Positions 1-12,460 of a DNA stretch of 64,000 nucleotides are shown here, piece after piece (the first letter of the stretch is position 1; each line of letters begins with the position of its first letter). The stretch comes from Octopus vulgaris. Its lineage: Eukaryota. The stretch spans positions 10,974,001 through 11,038,000 of the forward strand of contig OX597818.1 in the NCBI GenBank assembly GCA_951406725.2. The letters run 5' to 3'. The notes under the pieces are model-generated. The model was given only the letters and a program-made list of their open reading frames with translations. It was not told the DNA's origin and did no database searches. The translations under genes and the position numbers were made by a program.

Positions 1-85
1 TAAGCATGTCCCTTAGTGGGCAGCGATATGTGCATCTCTGATCATGAGAGTGAAAGGGCTCTCTTAAATATTATGCAGGGTATTG

Positions 86-360
86 TTCTCCCAACTACAT
101 CCAGTATTTCTGAGTTCTCTAAAGCATACATAAAATGCAAGGATTCTTTCAAGCTTACTTAGAAATCAAGATCCCATCAAACACACCCAAAGTTCATGAG
201 ATTTCCAAGCACATCCATTGTGTAGTTTTCCAAAGCTTACCTTGATTGCAGATATTCTCGAAAGCATGTCCGGAGTTAAAGTGTTCTAGCAAATGTTTTC
301 AGGATGGAATGGCTCCGTCAAGCACTTCCAGAATGAAGAATCCCTGGGGCTGTTCTAAGC
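86..360. repeat. Degenerate minisatellite, ~29-nt period
   Basis: Units starting TTCY.. recur at about 86, 115, 144, 172, 201, 226, 255, 284, 313, most with an AAGCA/AAGCT core and variable remainder. Confidence 0.55.
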
Positions 361-624
361 ATTTTATTGTCTTAGTGCTACTATTACTAGTTTACTGTTA
401 TGTTGACAACAATCTCTCTCTCTCTCTCTCTCACCCCCAACTGAGATATTAGAGTCTTCATTCTTCAGCAATTTGAACTTATGAATAGAAATCTTCTGGG
501 TAATTCTCCTGTGGATTAATTGTTGCCAACACAGTTCATTGCTAGATAACTTGGATTCTGGATTTAATTCTGATTTTAACTACAAGAGACAGCTGTAACA
601 ATAGCAACAACAATGATAATAATA

Positions 625-1300
625 GTTGTTTCTAACAAAGGCACAAATTTAGGGCAGAGGAACAGCCAGCTACATTGAATTGATTGGAATTTCATTTTAT
701 CAACTTTGGAGAGTTGAACAGTAAAGTTGACCTTGAAGCAATTTGAAATAAGTATTTAACAAGTCATAACTAAATATTGCAAAACAGTTTATCCAATGCT
801 CTAAGGAAGCCTTACAGTTCCTTCATAATGATCATTTCAAATTTTGGCACAAGACAACAAGTTCAGGGGAGGGGTAAGTCAATTACATCAACCCCCAGTG
901 CTCAAATGGTACTTATTTTATTGACCCTGAAAGGAAGAAAGAGAAAGTTGAACTTAGCTGAATTTGAACTCAGAACAAAGATGGATGAAATGTTACTAAG
1001 CAATTTGCTCAGCATGCTAATGATTCTGCTAGCTCACAGCATCAATAATAATAACAATAATCCATTCTACTAATAGGCAAGAGGCCTGAAATTGGGGAGG
1101 GGACTAGTTGAAAACATCCGTCCCCCTCATACTCATCTGGTACTTATCTTATCAACCTCGTAAGAATGAAAGACAAAGTCGACCATGGTGGAATTTGAAC
1201 TCGGGACGTAGTGACAGATGAAATACCACCAAGCATTATGCTGGACATGCTAACAATACTGCCAGTTTGCCACTTTAATAATAATAATAATAATAATAAT
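625..1300 (-). mobile_element. Three head-to-tail copies of tRNA-derived SINE family B separated by (AAT)n
   Basis: Repeated block ggcacaagg..aaatt..cccag..ctggtacttatttt..gaaaggcaaagtcgac..gaatttgaactc..gctaac..ctgccagc; the reverse complement carries a GAGTTCAAAT B-box-like head and an (ATT)n tail. Confidence 0.8.
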
Positions 1301-1862
1301 CACTATGATCATGTTGAAATTCATTCATTCAAGATTTGATTTTCCACATTTCCAACACATTTCCTATTTAATCATGGCTGGTTTGGTTGGTGATGGCGGT
1401 GATCTTGAAACTTTATCTTCTGGAGAAGGAGAGAGTAATGCTAACTAGGGTGTCATTGTTATCACCTTGTTACTAAAGGTTGGTGAGATTTGATTTCTTT
1501 AGTAGATATTGTGAAATATCAAGTTCTTTTGTATTGGGGTCAGTTTCTGATTCTAACCTTAATGTCCCCTTTCTGTTCTGGTGTCATAATAGTCACACAA
1601 AAAGGAAATATATTAACAATGACAACAACAACAACAACAACAGTAACAATACCATAAAAGAGTGATTAATGATGCTGACACTCCTTACTCCATGTGAATA
1701 AGTAATATTGGGTTTCAGTTTAGACATACAGCTGTAAACTCCAAAGCCCTTAGAAAAGAAATTCCTTATTTGAATGGGAAAAGTTATGTCCTGTCATCAA
1801 AAAAACTTGTATGCACGTGTGTATATATGCATGTTAATTTTCATGGAGTGACACTGTGAGTG

Positions 1863-1896
<34 letters not shown>

Positions 1897-1914
1897 ATAT
1901 AGAATTGTACATCT

Positions 1915-2310
1915 ATCTTTTATCTTTTACTTGTTTCAGTTATTAGACTGTGGCCATGCTGGGGCAATGCCTTAAGTTTTTCCCGAACCAATTGAACCCA
2001 ATATTGACTTATTTTTTTAAAGCGTAATATTTATTCTATTGGTTGCTTTTGTCAAACTGCTAAGTTATGAGGATGTAAATATGCCAACAGTTGTCAAGCG
2101 ATGGTGGCTGGACAAACACACACATAGATATATACATATATACAATGGGCTTCTTTCAGTTTCCATCAACCAAATCCACTCACAAGGCTTTGTGGTTGGC
2201 CTCAGGCTATAGCAGAAGGCACTTGCCCAAGGTACCACACAGTGGAACTGAACCCAGAACCATGTGGTTGTGAAGCAGGCTTCTTACCACACAGCCATGC
2301 CTATGCCTAT
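1915..2310 (-). mobile_element. tRNA-derived SINE family A
   Basis: Reverse complement has A-box-like TGGCTGTGTGG, B-box-like GGTTCAGTTCC, an internal (TA/CA) microsatellite and the tail ..actgaaacaagtaaaaga; same family as 12461-12848. Confidence 0.85.
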
Positions 2311-3201
2311 GCATTAATTCCACATGTGAGTGTATAAATACATACATATTCATTATATATTATGAATACACTCATATGCTCACATGGATATCATTAATTT
2401 AATGTCGTGGGTTTTTTTCTTTCATTCTTGTATGGATTGGATGGAGGAATGTTGAAAGCAGGATTTTGTGACTAAATGTTCTTTCTGCTGTTGACCCTTA
2501 CTTGTTTTTCCAAGTAATGAAGATTTGATATTTCACAGTTCTTTGGAAGTGTAGTGTAACTGGCCATAATGCCAGAAAGGCTTCCTACAGTTTCCATTTA
2601 CAATATTAAATCACATGGCATTGGTCAGCTTAAGGTATAGTACAAAATACTTGCCTAAAGTGCTACAAAGTACAGCGGACCCTGACACCATGTGTTTTGA
2701 AGTTAAGATTCTAACTGCACAGACATGGTGGTACCTGTGTGTGCATGTGTGTGTATATGTATTACACACATGCTCGAATAACAGTCACATTGATTGATGT
2801 GCTTATCATCTGGATTCCGCATTGAGGGTCTCTAGTTATTTGACTGGTTATGTAACGAATGGTTGTTGGTGAATTAACATCATACTTCCAGTGAAGGTTT
2901 TTACAAATCCTCTCCTTTATTAATGTGCTGGAAATGATATTTACCAAAATGCCAACAAGTGGTTGTTACCGACTAGGGAAAAAGTTTGCACACACACACA
3001 CACACACACACATACATATAAGGCTTACTGTTGCTATGGGCAAGAGATTAGGGAAAACTTCATATTATGCAATATAATGCTATGTACCTCTGATTCCAAA
3101 TCGCATCAGAAATCACTTAGTTTCTTATCGCTTTTGATTGCTAGAATAATTACTAGTGATATTCTCGATTCATCTCCATTTGTTATACTTCAGTTGTTTA
3201 A

Positions 3202-3422
3202 CCCTTTAGCATTGAGATTACTCTGCCAAATGTAATGTTTCTTTATTCACATTGTTTTGAGTTAATCAGGCATTATCTCATAGCTTTGAAATTTTGGTGA
3301 TGTGATTATATATTTTTAGTTTGTCATTTGATCAGTAGATGTGAGAGGTCAAATCTGGTCAGTTTGAGCATAAAACTGGTAGAATATCTGAGCCAGATAT
3401 AGCTGGTTTAAATGATAAAGGG
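3202..3422 (+). mobile_element. ~220-bp MITE with TTAA target site (piggyBac-like non-autonomous element)
   Basis: TTAA|CCCTTTAGCATT ... AATGATAAAGGG|TTAA; near-perfect short TIRs, TTAA duplicated, at least 8 related copies in the window. Confidence 0.8.
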
Positions 3423-3426
3423 TTAA

Positions 3427-3499
3427 TATGTATGTATGTATGTACGTACGTACATATATATGTATGTACATATATATATGTATATATATATGTATGTAC

Positions 3500-3540
<41 letters not shown>

Positions 3541-3616
3541 CATACACACATGTATGTATGTATGTGCGTACATATATATATATATGTGTGTATGTATGTG
3601 CATACATATATATATG

Positions 3617-3652
<36 letters not shown>

Positions 3653-3718
3653 TATAGTTTGAGATTTTAGAGCACTACTAAGTGTTTTCTATACTGAGAT
3701 CTTTGCATCTCATATGTG

Positions 3719-3767
<49 letters not shown>

Positions 3768-3780
3768 GATAGATAGATAG
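3427..3780. repeat. Compound (TA)n/(TATG)n/(TACA)n microsatellite
   Basis: Directly visible; source of the overlapping YI/CM-rich ORFs at 3349-3670. Confidence 0.95.
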
Positions 3781-3782
3781 AT

Positions 3783-3885
3783 CAGACTGGAGCCTGGAGC
3801 AGCCTCCTAGGTTCCCAGACCCCGGTCGAACCGTCCAACCCATGCTAGCATGGAAAACGGATATTAAACGATGATGATGATGATA
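3783..3885 (+). mobile_element. RTE-family LINE 3' tail fragment
   Basis: ccgtccaacccatgctagcatggaaaacggatattaaacgatgatgatga matches the tail family that follows RTE ORF remnants at 63190-63580 and 39536-39860. Confidence 0.7.
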
Positions 3886-4577
3886 TATATGAAGAAAGTG
3901 TTGGAGTTTTTGCTGTTATGTTGCCTGCATATAAATGTACGTGATAGTTATTATACTCATATATGTCATCTTCAGCATGAGCATCTTGATTTCTAAGATG
4001 ATGGTGATCATTATCATCAACTACTACCCCCAGTCCTTGTTATTGTTTTCAACATAGAGTATTTATCTTCTATTGGTTTTATTAAGCCCAATGCTCCACC
4101 ACTCACTGGTCCACCCATATTTACAATATCTGCCTTTGAAAGCAAAGAATTTTCTTTTAGTTTCTTTCTATGACTTCTGTAGCAAGTTAGTTTTTTTTTT
4201 TTTTCTATGAAAAGTGTTTCCTAGCCCCAGGCCCTGTTTTATGCAGGCTAAGGACTGGCTGGCATCCTCATTTGAATGGCAATAACTAGGTAGGGAGAGA
4301 GGATGAAGTTTGTAGGGTGTTACATTTTATGAATACTGAAAGAATGAAAGGCAAGGTTGACCTTGGAGGGATTTGAACTCACATAGAAAGTACCAGAACA
4401 GATGCCATAAGACATTTGTCTGATGCTTTAATAATTCTGCCAATCAACCGGCTATTGTCAGCATTGTGAATTATTTCTTCTGTGAAACCCAACATACTCA
4501 GATCTATGCCTTTTATGTCTCCAAAGAGGTCATGTAGGCTGTCCTTTCTATTTTTGGCAAAATACACTAAAAATAAG

Positions 4578-4610
<33 letters not shown>

Positions 4611-4660
4611 AGGAAAGAATCTTCTGCAGAATCATGGCAGAGTCTTATCTACAATTATAA

Positions 4661-5104
4661 CCCTGTAGCATTCAGATTATTCTGTCAAATGTAATGCTTA
4701 TTTCTTCACATTGCTTTGAATTAATCATACATTATCATGTATCTTTGAGATTTTGATCATTGATCCTGTGATCGTGTATTTCTAGAATGACATTGTAGGG
4801 TAGGTGTGATAGGCTGAACTTGGCCAATTTGAACTTAAAACTGGTAGAATATTTGGGTCTGTTATGGTCAGTTTAAACATTAACCCTTTAGTATTCAGAT
4901 TACTTTGTCAAATGTAGTACTCATTTATTTACATTGCTTTGATTTAATCCTTCATATCTTGTAGCATTGAGATTTTGGCAATGTGATTGTTTAGTTTTGG
5001 AATGATATTATAGGGTGGGTGTGATAGCCCGGATCTGGCCAATCTGAACATGGAACAGGTAGAATATTTTGACTAGATTTGGCTGATTTAAATGTTTTAA
5101 AGGG
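4661..5104 (+). mobile_element. Two tandem copies of the TTAA MITE
   Basis: ccctgtagcattcagatta.. at 4661 and ttaa|ccctttagtattcagatta.. at 4884, ending ..aaaggg at 5104. Confidence 0.75.
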
Positions 5105-5455
5105 TAAAAAGGATAAACATGGCCATAACAGCAGAAGAGTCACAACTACAGCCACAGTCACAGTCATAAATACAATCACATGGCTCCTTAAATGCAATCC
5201 TAATAAATTCATGGGTCATAATTTTGGCCATCACAGTCACAACTGCTGCTGCAATGATAATACAATTACAGCCAAGTACAAGTATTACAAGTACAACTAG
5301 GCACAGGCTTGGCTCTGTGGTAAGAAGCTTGCTTCCCAGCCACATGGTTCTGGTTTCAGTCCTACTGTGTGGCACCTTGGGCAAGTATCTTCTACTTTAA
5401 TCTCAGGCTGACCAAGGCCTTATGAGAAGGTTTGGCAGGCAGAAACAGAAAGAAG

Positions 5456-5545
5456 TCTTTGCGCAGAGGTGGTACCATGGCCAATGAGGTGTACCCGAGG
5501 CGTGGTTATTGCTCGTTGAAAACTATTCCCAATACCCCGCACTGA
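5456..5545 (+). pseudogene. U4: U4 snRNA 5' fragment (retrocopy, about nt 2-90; lacks Sm site and 3' stem-loop)
   Basis: ctttgcgcagaggtggtaccatggccaatgaggtgtacccgaggcgtggttattgctcgttgaaaactattcccaataccccgc aligns without gaps to metazoan U4 as I recall it (CUUUGCGCAG..GCCAAUGAGG..CCGAGGC..UUAUUGCU..UUGAAAACU..CCCAAUACCCCGC, roughly 85% by hand to human). The k-turn motif GCCAAUGA..GAGGC is kept and the stem pairs as ACCAU/GUGGU. Confidence 0.9.
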
Positions 5546-5950
5546 AGGCAACAAGCTAGCAGAAACTTTAGCATGCCAGGCGAAATGCTTAGCAGTATTT
5601 TGTCTGCCGTTACGTTCTGACTTCAAATTCCACCGAGGTCGACTTTGCCTTTCATCCTTTCAGGGTTGATTAAATAAGTACCAGTTACGCACTGGGGTTG
5701 ATATAATCGACTTAATCTGTTTGTCTGTCCTTGTTTGTCCTCTCTGTGTTTAGCCCTTTGTGGGTAGTAAAGAAATAGGTATTTTGTCTACCGCTACGTT
5801 CTGAGTTCAAATTCCGCTGAGGTCAACTTTGCCTTTTATCATTTCGGGGTTGATTAAATAAGTACCAGTTACACACTGGGGTTGATATAATCGACTTAAT
5901 CAGTTTGTCCCCTCTGTGTGTAGCCCCTTGTGGGCAGTAAAGAAATAAGT
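5546..5950 (+). mobile_element. SINE family B, one full copy plus a second 5'-truncated tandem copy
   Basis: aggcaacaagctagcagaaac..ttcaaattccaccgaggtcgactttgcctttcatcc..gtgggtagtaaagaaatag, then the body repeats from ~5780 to 5950. Confidence 0.85.
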
Positions 5951-7824
5951 AACAGAAAGAAGTCTGTCGTATATATATATATATATATCTATATACACAC
6001 ACACACATATGTATGTGTTGTGTGTCTTAGTGTCTATATTTATCATCTCACCACCATGTGAGAACTATTGTTAGCATGTTTATGTTGCTGTAACCTAGCA
6101 GTTTGGCAAAAGAGACCGATAGAATAAGTACCAGATTAATTAAAAAATAAATCCTGGGGTTGATTTCTTTGACTCAAATACTTCAAGGCTATGCTCCAGG
6201 ATGACTGCAGTCAAATGACCAAGGCAAGTAAAATCTAAAACATAAAACATACAACCACAGCCACAATTACCATGGAGATAACAACCATATCCACAGTATA
6301 CTGCCAGTAATTTAAGATCAATCACCCTTTGACCCTTCAGATGGATAAATCAAGCAAGCAAGTAGTTCAGTATTTTAAGCCAGCCTGCAGTAAGTCACTT
6401 GGCTGCTGGTTTTAGTTGATGATAGATGGTCATTGAAGTAGTGGTCTGATTAGTAATTGGTAGTTAATAGCTCTGATTCTATCAGCTGACCCAAAAGCGG
6501 TTTGTCTGAAATAGCTGTGATGATAAACTTCAAACTTGATAAATTCCTTCATCCCTGATTTACTTTTCATTTTTGAGCCAAGAAAGGAAAGAAGCCAACA
6601 AACGGCCTTTGTGTGGTCTCTCAATTTGCTAGAAATAGCAACCATTTTTTGCATTTTTTTTCAAGGCTACAGTGAATAATATGGTCCCTGGGCTTCTATA
6701 CTGAAAGATGAGATGGTCATGATTGGAACGCATTTGGTGCTAAGTCTTTTCCATCTGAGCTGACCTGGGGTGCAGCAACAACTCGTGTTTTGCAATCAAA
6801 CACATGTGTGTGCACGTGTACACACACACGCACACACATGCACACATTGTTGGAAGATTTTCACATAATTAGCTGTCAGCTTGGCCAAGTCTTCTTGATT
6901 TCTTGGCAGATAGCATTGGCTCTGACTCCGCTTTATCTCACTCTGTATGTTTGTGGAGGAGGGTTCAATATGTGCTGGCCAATGTGAGCATTTGTTTAGC
7001 TATGTGTGTTTGTATACATGTGTGTGTCTGTGTGTGTGTGTGTCTTGATGTGTGGTTATCAATTTGAGCTATTTACTTATGTGTAAGTATGCATATGTAT
7101 GAGTCTCTATGTGTTAATATGTGATTAATCTGAGGATGTATTTAGCTTATGTTAGTTCATCCCTGTGACTGACAATGTGTATGTGCTTGTATATTTGTAT
7201 TTATGTAATATGTAGTGATTAATGCTTGCTCTCTTTGGTTTTCTGTGTGTGCTTCCATGTGTACTTGCATTTGTGTGTGTGTGTATGTGAGAAAGAGAGA
7301 GAGAGAGAGAGAGAGAGAACTACACACACATATTAGTTGTAGGGATTTGTTAATTGGTCATTAAAGCATGTGTATCTTTAGTGCTGTGTATGTTTGTGCA
7401 TGTGGGAGAGAGCTGGGGGAAGGGGGAGACACGGGGAGAGAAAGAGGGAGCCACATGTATATGTGTGAATGTGTATTGCTAATGAGTAATGATTAGCAAG
7501 TATCTATCGTTAATTCTGTTTGCACATGTGAGTGATCTACATGTTAAGGATATGTGTGCTTGTAGAATGCACAGTACTTAAAGTGTAATTTAATGAATGA
7601 GATTGGCATCATTGAAACTGATATAGAGTTCATTTGTTTTCAAATACATTCTGCATTGACCTTTGCTTCAGAGGTTTGTTATTGTGCAGGATGCATATAA
7701 CCACATGTTATATTTATCTGTATCTATATATGTGTGTTTATACATATTATATGTATGTTCATATGTATATATTTTTATGTTTATGTGTGTATATATTTCT
7801 ATATATATAATGAATGTGTGTATG

Positions 7825-7871
<47 letters not shown>

Positions 7872-8349
7872 AATTATATAAATATCATTATCCTTTTAAT
7901 GTCCGTTTTTCATACTGGCATAGATTGAATGGTTTGACCAGAGCTAGAAATCTGCACCAGGTTCCAGTCTGATTTGGTTTTGGTTTTTGGTTTTCTACAG
8001 TTGGATGTACTTTTTAATGCCAACCACTTTACAATGTGTGCTAGATGCTTTTACTGTGGCACCATATGCATGTCATCATCATCATCATCATTCAAGAGCA
8101 TCTTCCAAGCTGACATGTGTTGGCTGGTTTAAGAGGATTTCACGAATCAATGGACTGTCATTTTACAATGACTGCATTGCCATGATTTCTACAGCTGATG
8201 CCCTTCTTAATCCCACTCACTGGGTATTTGTTTGCATGGCACTAGTGATGTCACTGTGTAACTTGTAAGACTAAAGAGTCCCCTCAAATAAGAGTGAGTT
8301 TAATAAAAAGGGTGGTAACTTTTTGCTCAGTGTTGGAAGGTTAAAGATT

Positions 8350-8565
8350 TTTTTTTTATTGCCCACAAGGGGCAAACACAGAGGGGACAAACAAGGACAG
8401 ACAAAGGGATTAAGTCGATTACATCGACCCCAGTGCGTAACTGGTACTTATTTAATCGACCCCAAAAGGATGAAAGGTAAAGTCGACCTCGGCGGAATTC
8501 GAACTCAGAACGTAACGGCAGACGAAATATCGCTAAGCATTTCGACCGTCGCGCTAACGTTTCTG
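8350..8565 (-). mobile_element. Young SINE family B copy
   Basis: CpG-retaining reverse complement of the 5546-5790 element. Confidence 0.85.
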
Positions 8566-8569
8566 GAAG

Positions 8570-10080
8570 AACAAGAGCAAGAGATTTCTTTTGTTCTCTG
8601 CATTTTACCAGTGGCTGTCTTGCACAGAATATCATGTCAAATTGTTCCTTTAGTGGTTTGAAGCCTACACTGAGATTCTGAGATGACTATGTGATAGTTT
8701 TCAGTATTCTGGTGAAGATTTTCGCTTATAATGGAGAGGAGGGATGAACCACATTAGTTTCTACAATTGCTGTGACCTTCTTATGGGCCACTATTTTGGG
8801 ATGTTATTTGGACCAGGTGACTTCCTTGGTTTCATGTTTTTGGTAGCATTGCTTTAAATTCATGCAAAAATAGAAGGTTCAACATCCACAGTTAAGCAAG
8901 ATGTTAAGGCATTGATCTAAGAAAATCTGCTGCTGTAGTGGAGTTCTTATTTAGGAGAGAGCTGAAGTGTTCTTTCAGGATGCTTTGGATATCAACAAGA
9001 AAGTTGGTATTGTTGATAATCTTCAAAGTACCCATTGATGTTCAGACTGGGCACCATAGTTCTTTGATGTCAGATTGGGCCCTATAGTTCATTGATGCAA
9101 GTGTTGAAATTTTTAAGGTCCCTGGAGTCTGTATATTGTTAAAATGCAATAACCTTTTCTATCCACCAATTGTTTTGAATCCCTGTCATCCATGTGTGTC
9201 AAATCTGCTTGAGATCTTCAAAGTATTTTTTCTTCATTGTTTTCATGAAACTAATCTTGGTTCTTTCATTCTGTGAAGCCATTGTTGTTCTCAGCTGCTT
9301 TTTGGATAATATTTTGGATTGTTTTCCTCTTTTCGTGCCAACTTGTCTTTGGTGTATTCTTGAAATTTTTCAGTTCAGTCTTTAAGTTTGTATTTATTCT
9401 TGACTGACACTTGAAGTGGATTGGTGGTTTGCAATAAACAGAAATTCTGAGTTAGCTGATGAAGAAATTTAGGTAATACTTTGGAAAGAATGGTTTTCAG
9501 TTGTGGGTAAAATTGGTTCTTAGTGTCTTCATCATGAAGGCCATGATTATGAATACCAAAATCTGGAAGAAGATGGCAAAAGACCGTTCTTGCTGGAGAA
9601 AGACGCCGAGTACTGTCCTGAGGGAAGGAGAGGATCACATACATCAGGTCATGCAATGAAACGGCAGTGGACTGCCGTCAGCTCAGGTATTGCTTGAACT
9701 GTGCCTTCATGGCTTGTCTATCTGGCATTGCCCTCTTCAGCTAGTCCAACTGTTGAGATCATAAGTCTTTATTTACTTGTTCTGCTATTAGGAGATTTGG
9801 TTATTTTTCTTCAGGTATGCCTTTCTAGATCCTTTTTGTATTTGGATTGCAAGAGCCCATTAAACAAACCATCTGTTGGTTCAATATTTAATCTGTTGAC
9901 TAACAGTTAAGAAGTGGAATTGATCATGTGTGTTATTATTGGCATCATGACTCTCCTGAGGCACCACAAAATATGCCTTTCTAGATCTGCCCAGATCAGT
10001 GAGAACAGGTTTGTCCCACAAAGCTATTTGCTGGGATGGCTTTGCCACTAAATCAGAGGTTCTGGTCTTTCTCTATCATA
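8570..10080 (-). pseudogene. Decayed RTE-clade LINE ORF (APE endonuclease to start of RT)
   Basis: Minus-strand frames give LAEEG, DEDTKNQFYPQL, AKIFTRIL, VISESQC and DMIFCARQPLVKCREQ, resembling RTE/BovB motifs (ESQCGF, DMIFxARQLQEKCREQ); many stops and frameshifts. Confidence 0.75.
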
Positions 10081-10584
10081 ACTGATCATCTAGAAGTGTG
10101 TGTGTGTAGAGGAGGGAGACAAAGAGAGAAACTGACAAACAGGTTTGATATGGAGGTACATAGACAGAAATCATTTGTAGGATAGCATCAACATTGTGTT
10201 GGTTAATATGTGTTTGATAAAAGAAAATTAATAAACTCTACAGGCGGTCCTTTCATGCATGGATAACCATACCAAGTCTACTCCTTAACTTCCAGTACAT
10301 AGCACATTGACAACCCTTTCTTTCTGTATAGCTCTCCTCCCCATCAGCTTTAGCAAATTTCTTTATTTACTTTAGTTCTTCCCCCTATAGGCAATAAGTG
10401 GGTAGAATAAGTCTTATTTCATTTTTTATTTTGCATTATTTTTTAAAAATATTTTCTTTCATTCAGGAAACAATACATTTTTCATTACCTTTTCCCCATG
10501 TTACCTGCCTAGAGTTTTTCTAGAATATCTCTCCCACCTCTCTACCAGCTGGATACACTTGTAGTTCCTAACGAGATTTCAGTT

Positions 10585-10588
<4 letters not shown>

Positions 10589-10656
<68 letters not shown>
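10589..10656. repeat. (CT)n microsatellite
   Basis: Directly visible. Confidence 0.95.
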
Positions 10657-10658
<2 letters not shown>

Positions 10659-11189
10659 GCTGTTTCCTTCTTTCCATGCTGCTTGAACTTATTAAAAAGA
10701 GAAATGATCCATGGGTAACATGCATATACTTATACATGTGTGTATGTATTTATGCATAGATTTCTCACTATATGTGTGCATTATGTATCTATGTATGTAC
10801 TCCACAGGAGAGTGAATTTCTGATAGCGTGACCACCCACTGTTTATAATTTATTACTCCATCTTCTGTATCCTTTCCTCCTTATTATATTTAACAGGCTA
10901 ATCTGTTATAAAGCCAGTATATCTAGTTCAATATTACTTTTGTAAATTGGCCTGAGGAATTGATTTGTGGAACTTTCATCTCATATCATATGGATTTACA
11001 TAATTTATATGCACACCAGTTATGTTATTTGATGTAAAAAAATACTATTCTGCTGGTTATTGAAACAATAGTAGCTGATTTAAAAATGTGATACCATCAT
11101 GTTTATCTTTTTGTTTGTTTATAATGTGTGTGTATTTGAGGGTTCTACTAATGCAAAAAGAAGGTATGAATGTTGTTTATTGACTGACA

Positions 11190-11460
11190 CAGGTCATTGA
11201 AATAGTACATGCTAGTGGAGTATCTCTTCCTTCCTCTACACAAAAATACTATTCAACATTGTCTCCATCACAAGTGACACATTGGCACCATAGTTGAATC
11301 CAACTCTCAAATCCTCCGAGAGAAAATGTTTGTGTGTACCCACTTCTTTGTAGCCACTTTCACCTCTGTGAAAGTTATCAGATCTTTCTTCCCAAAGACT
11401 GTCCTTTATTGGATCGAATTGGTGGAAGTCTTTGAAAAAATTCAGGTGTTTACTCTTATA
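11190..11460 (+). pseudogene. Possible CR1-like LINE ORF2 C-terminal remnant
   Basis: RSFFPKTVLYW resembles the SFFPRT..WN.L motif at CR1/L2-group ORF2 ends; heavily decayed. Confidence 0.4.
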
Positions 11461-12070
11461 CCCACTTCGTCACAGCCATTTTTGTCTTATTTGTGTCATC
11501 AAATTGTTGTCTCTGAAGACTGTGCTTCATTGGACTGAATAGATGGAAGCTGTGTAGTGAATGGAAGACCATTCTAATCTACTGATTGCCTGATTTGTTG
11601 CCAAAGGCATGTGTAGTCATGCATTGTTCTGGTCAGTGTGGATCAAGTTTAGACTATTGTTCTGTCACATCTTCCAATTCCCTAAGCATTCTGAGTGTCT
11701 CACTAATCATGGTAAAGTCATGTTCCAGAAAATCACCCTTGTCATTAAACAAAAACAAAAAAACAAAACAAAAAAAAAAAACAACCATCATGACTTTCTG
11801 TGTTAATTGTGAGTTCTTGGACTTAGAAATTGGTTTGATGCTATTCTATGAACTGAGCCTTCATTTTCAGATTATAAAGCTATAGTGAGCAAATCTTACT
11901 CCACTCACACCATATTGTATTAGAAAGGAAAGAAGAACTTTAGATAATATATAATATACTTCTAGATACTTGAACAGGAAGCAACTTTAATAATACAGGA
12001 CAATGAGGGAAGTAGTCCATTGTTACTTGAGCTGCTTAAAAATCTTCATTTTACATTCTGTTATTGAAAC

Positions 12071-12111
<41 letters not shown>

Positions 12112-12460
12112 TGGATACTGTTGTCCTTGCAAACACAAGGCTTGCTGACTTCAGTACTAAAACTGCTCAGTTAAAGTTGACCTGGGGAGTAAGCAAAAGA
12201 AGCCTCTATGCAGTCACTTAGACACTCTAGATCTAGCAGTCAAATCTGTCTTAGTTAACAATCCCTTTACCTTGGTATTCATTCCACTTATTACAAAGTT
12301 AGCTTGTTTTTTGATATTGGTGCATCTAAGATACTGTTCCAATACATTACTATGTTTAGAACTGGAGACCTATCTCTATGAGCTTGGTCCTAAAGAAGGC
12401 TTGTGATAGGTTGCAGAATCTGAACTCAAAATACAAAGTGTTGAAGCAGTAAGCTCATCA

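Larger units (their letters stand above)
5299..6240 (+). mobile_element. SINE family A, interrupted by the U4-SINE B insertion
   Basis: Head ggcacaggcttggctctgtggtaagaagc at 5300; body resumes at 5951 after the duplicated aacagaaagaagtct; tail ..gcagtcaaatgaccaaggcaagtaaaa. Confidence 0.8.

Noticed and set aside
86-360. CRISPR-like appearance of core plus variable spacer
   Set aside because: Eukaryotic context, cores short and degenerate, spacers too short, no cas genes.
3349-3670. Overlapping ORFs rich in Y/I/C/M/H/T (also 14730-15077, 41536-41961, 47675-48048, 52311-52654)
   Set aside because: Translations of dinucleotide and tetranucleotide microsatellites, open in several frames only because the repeats lack stop codons.
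9800-9820. ttatttttcttcag|gtatgc as another recursive splice site
   Set aside because: Lies in an antisense RTE remnant, has a short pyrimidine tract with AGs just upstream, and a weak donor.
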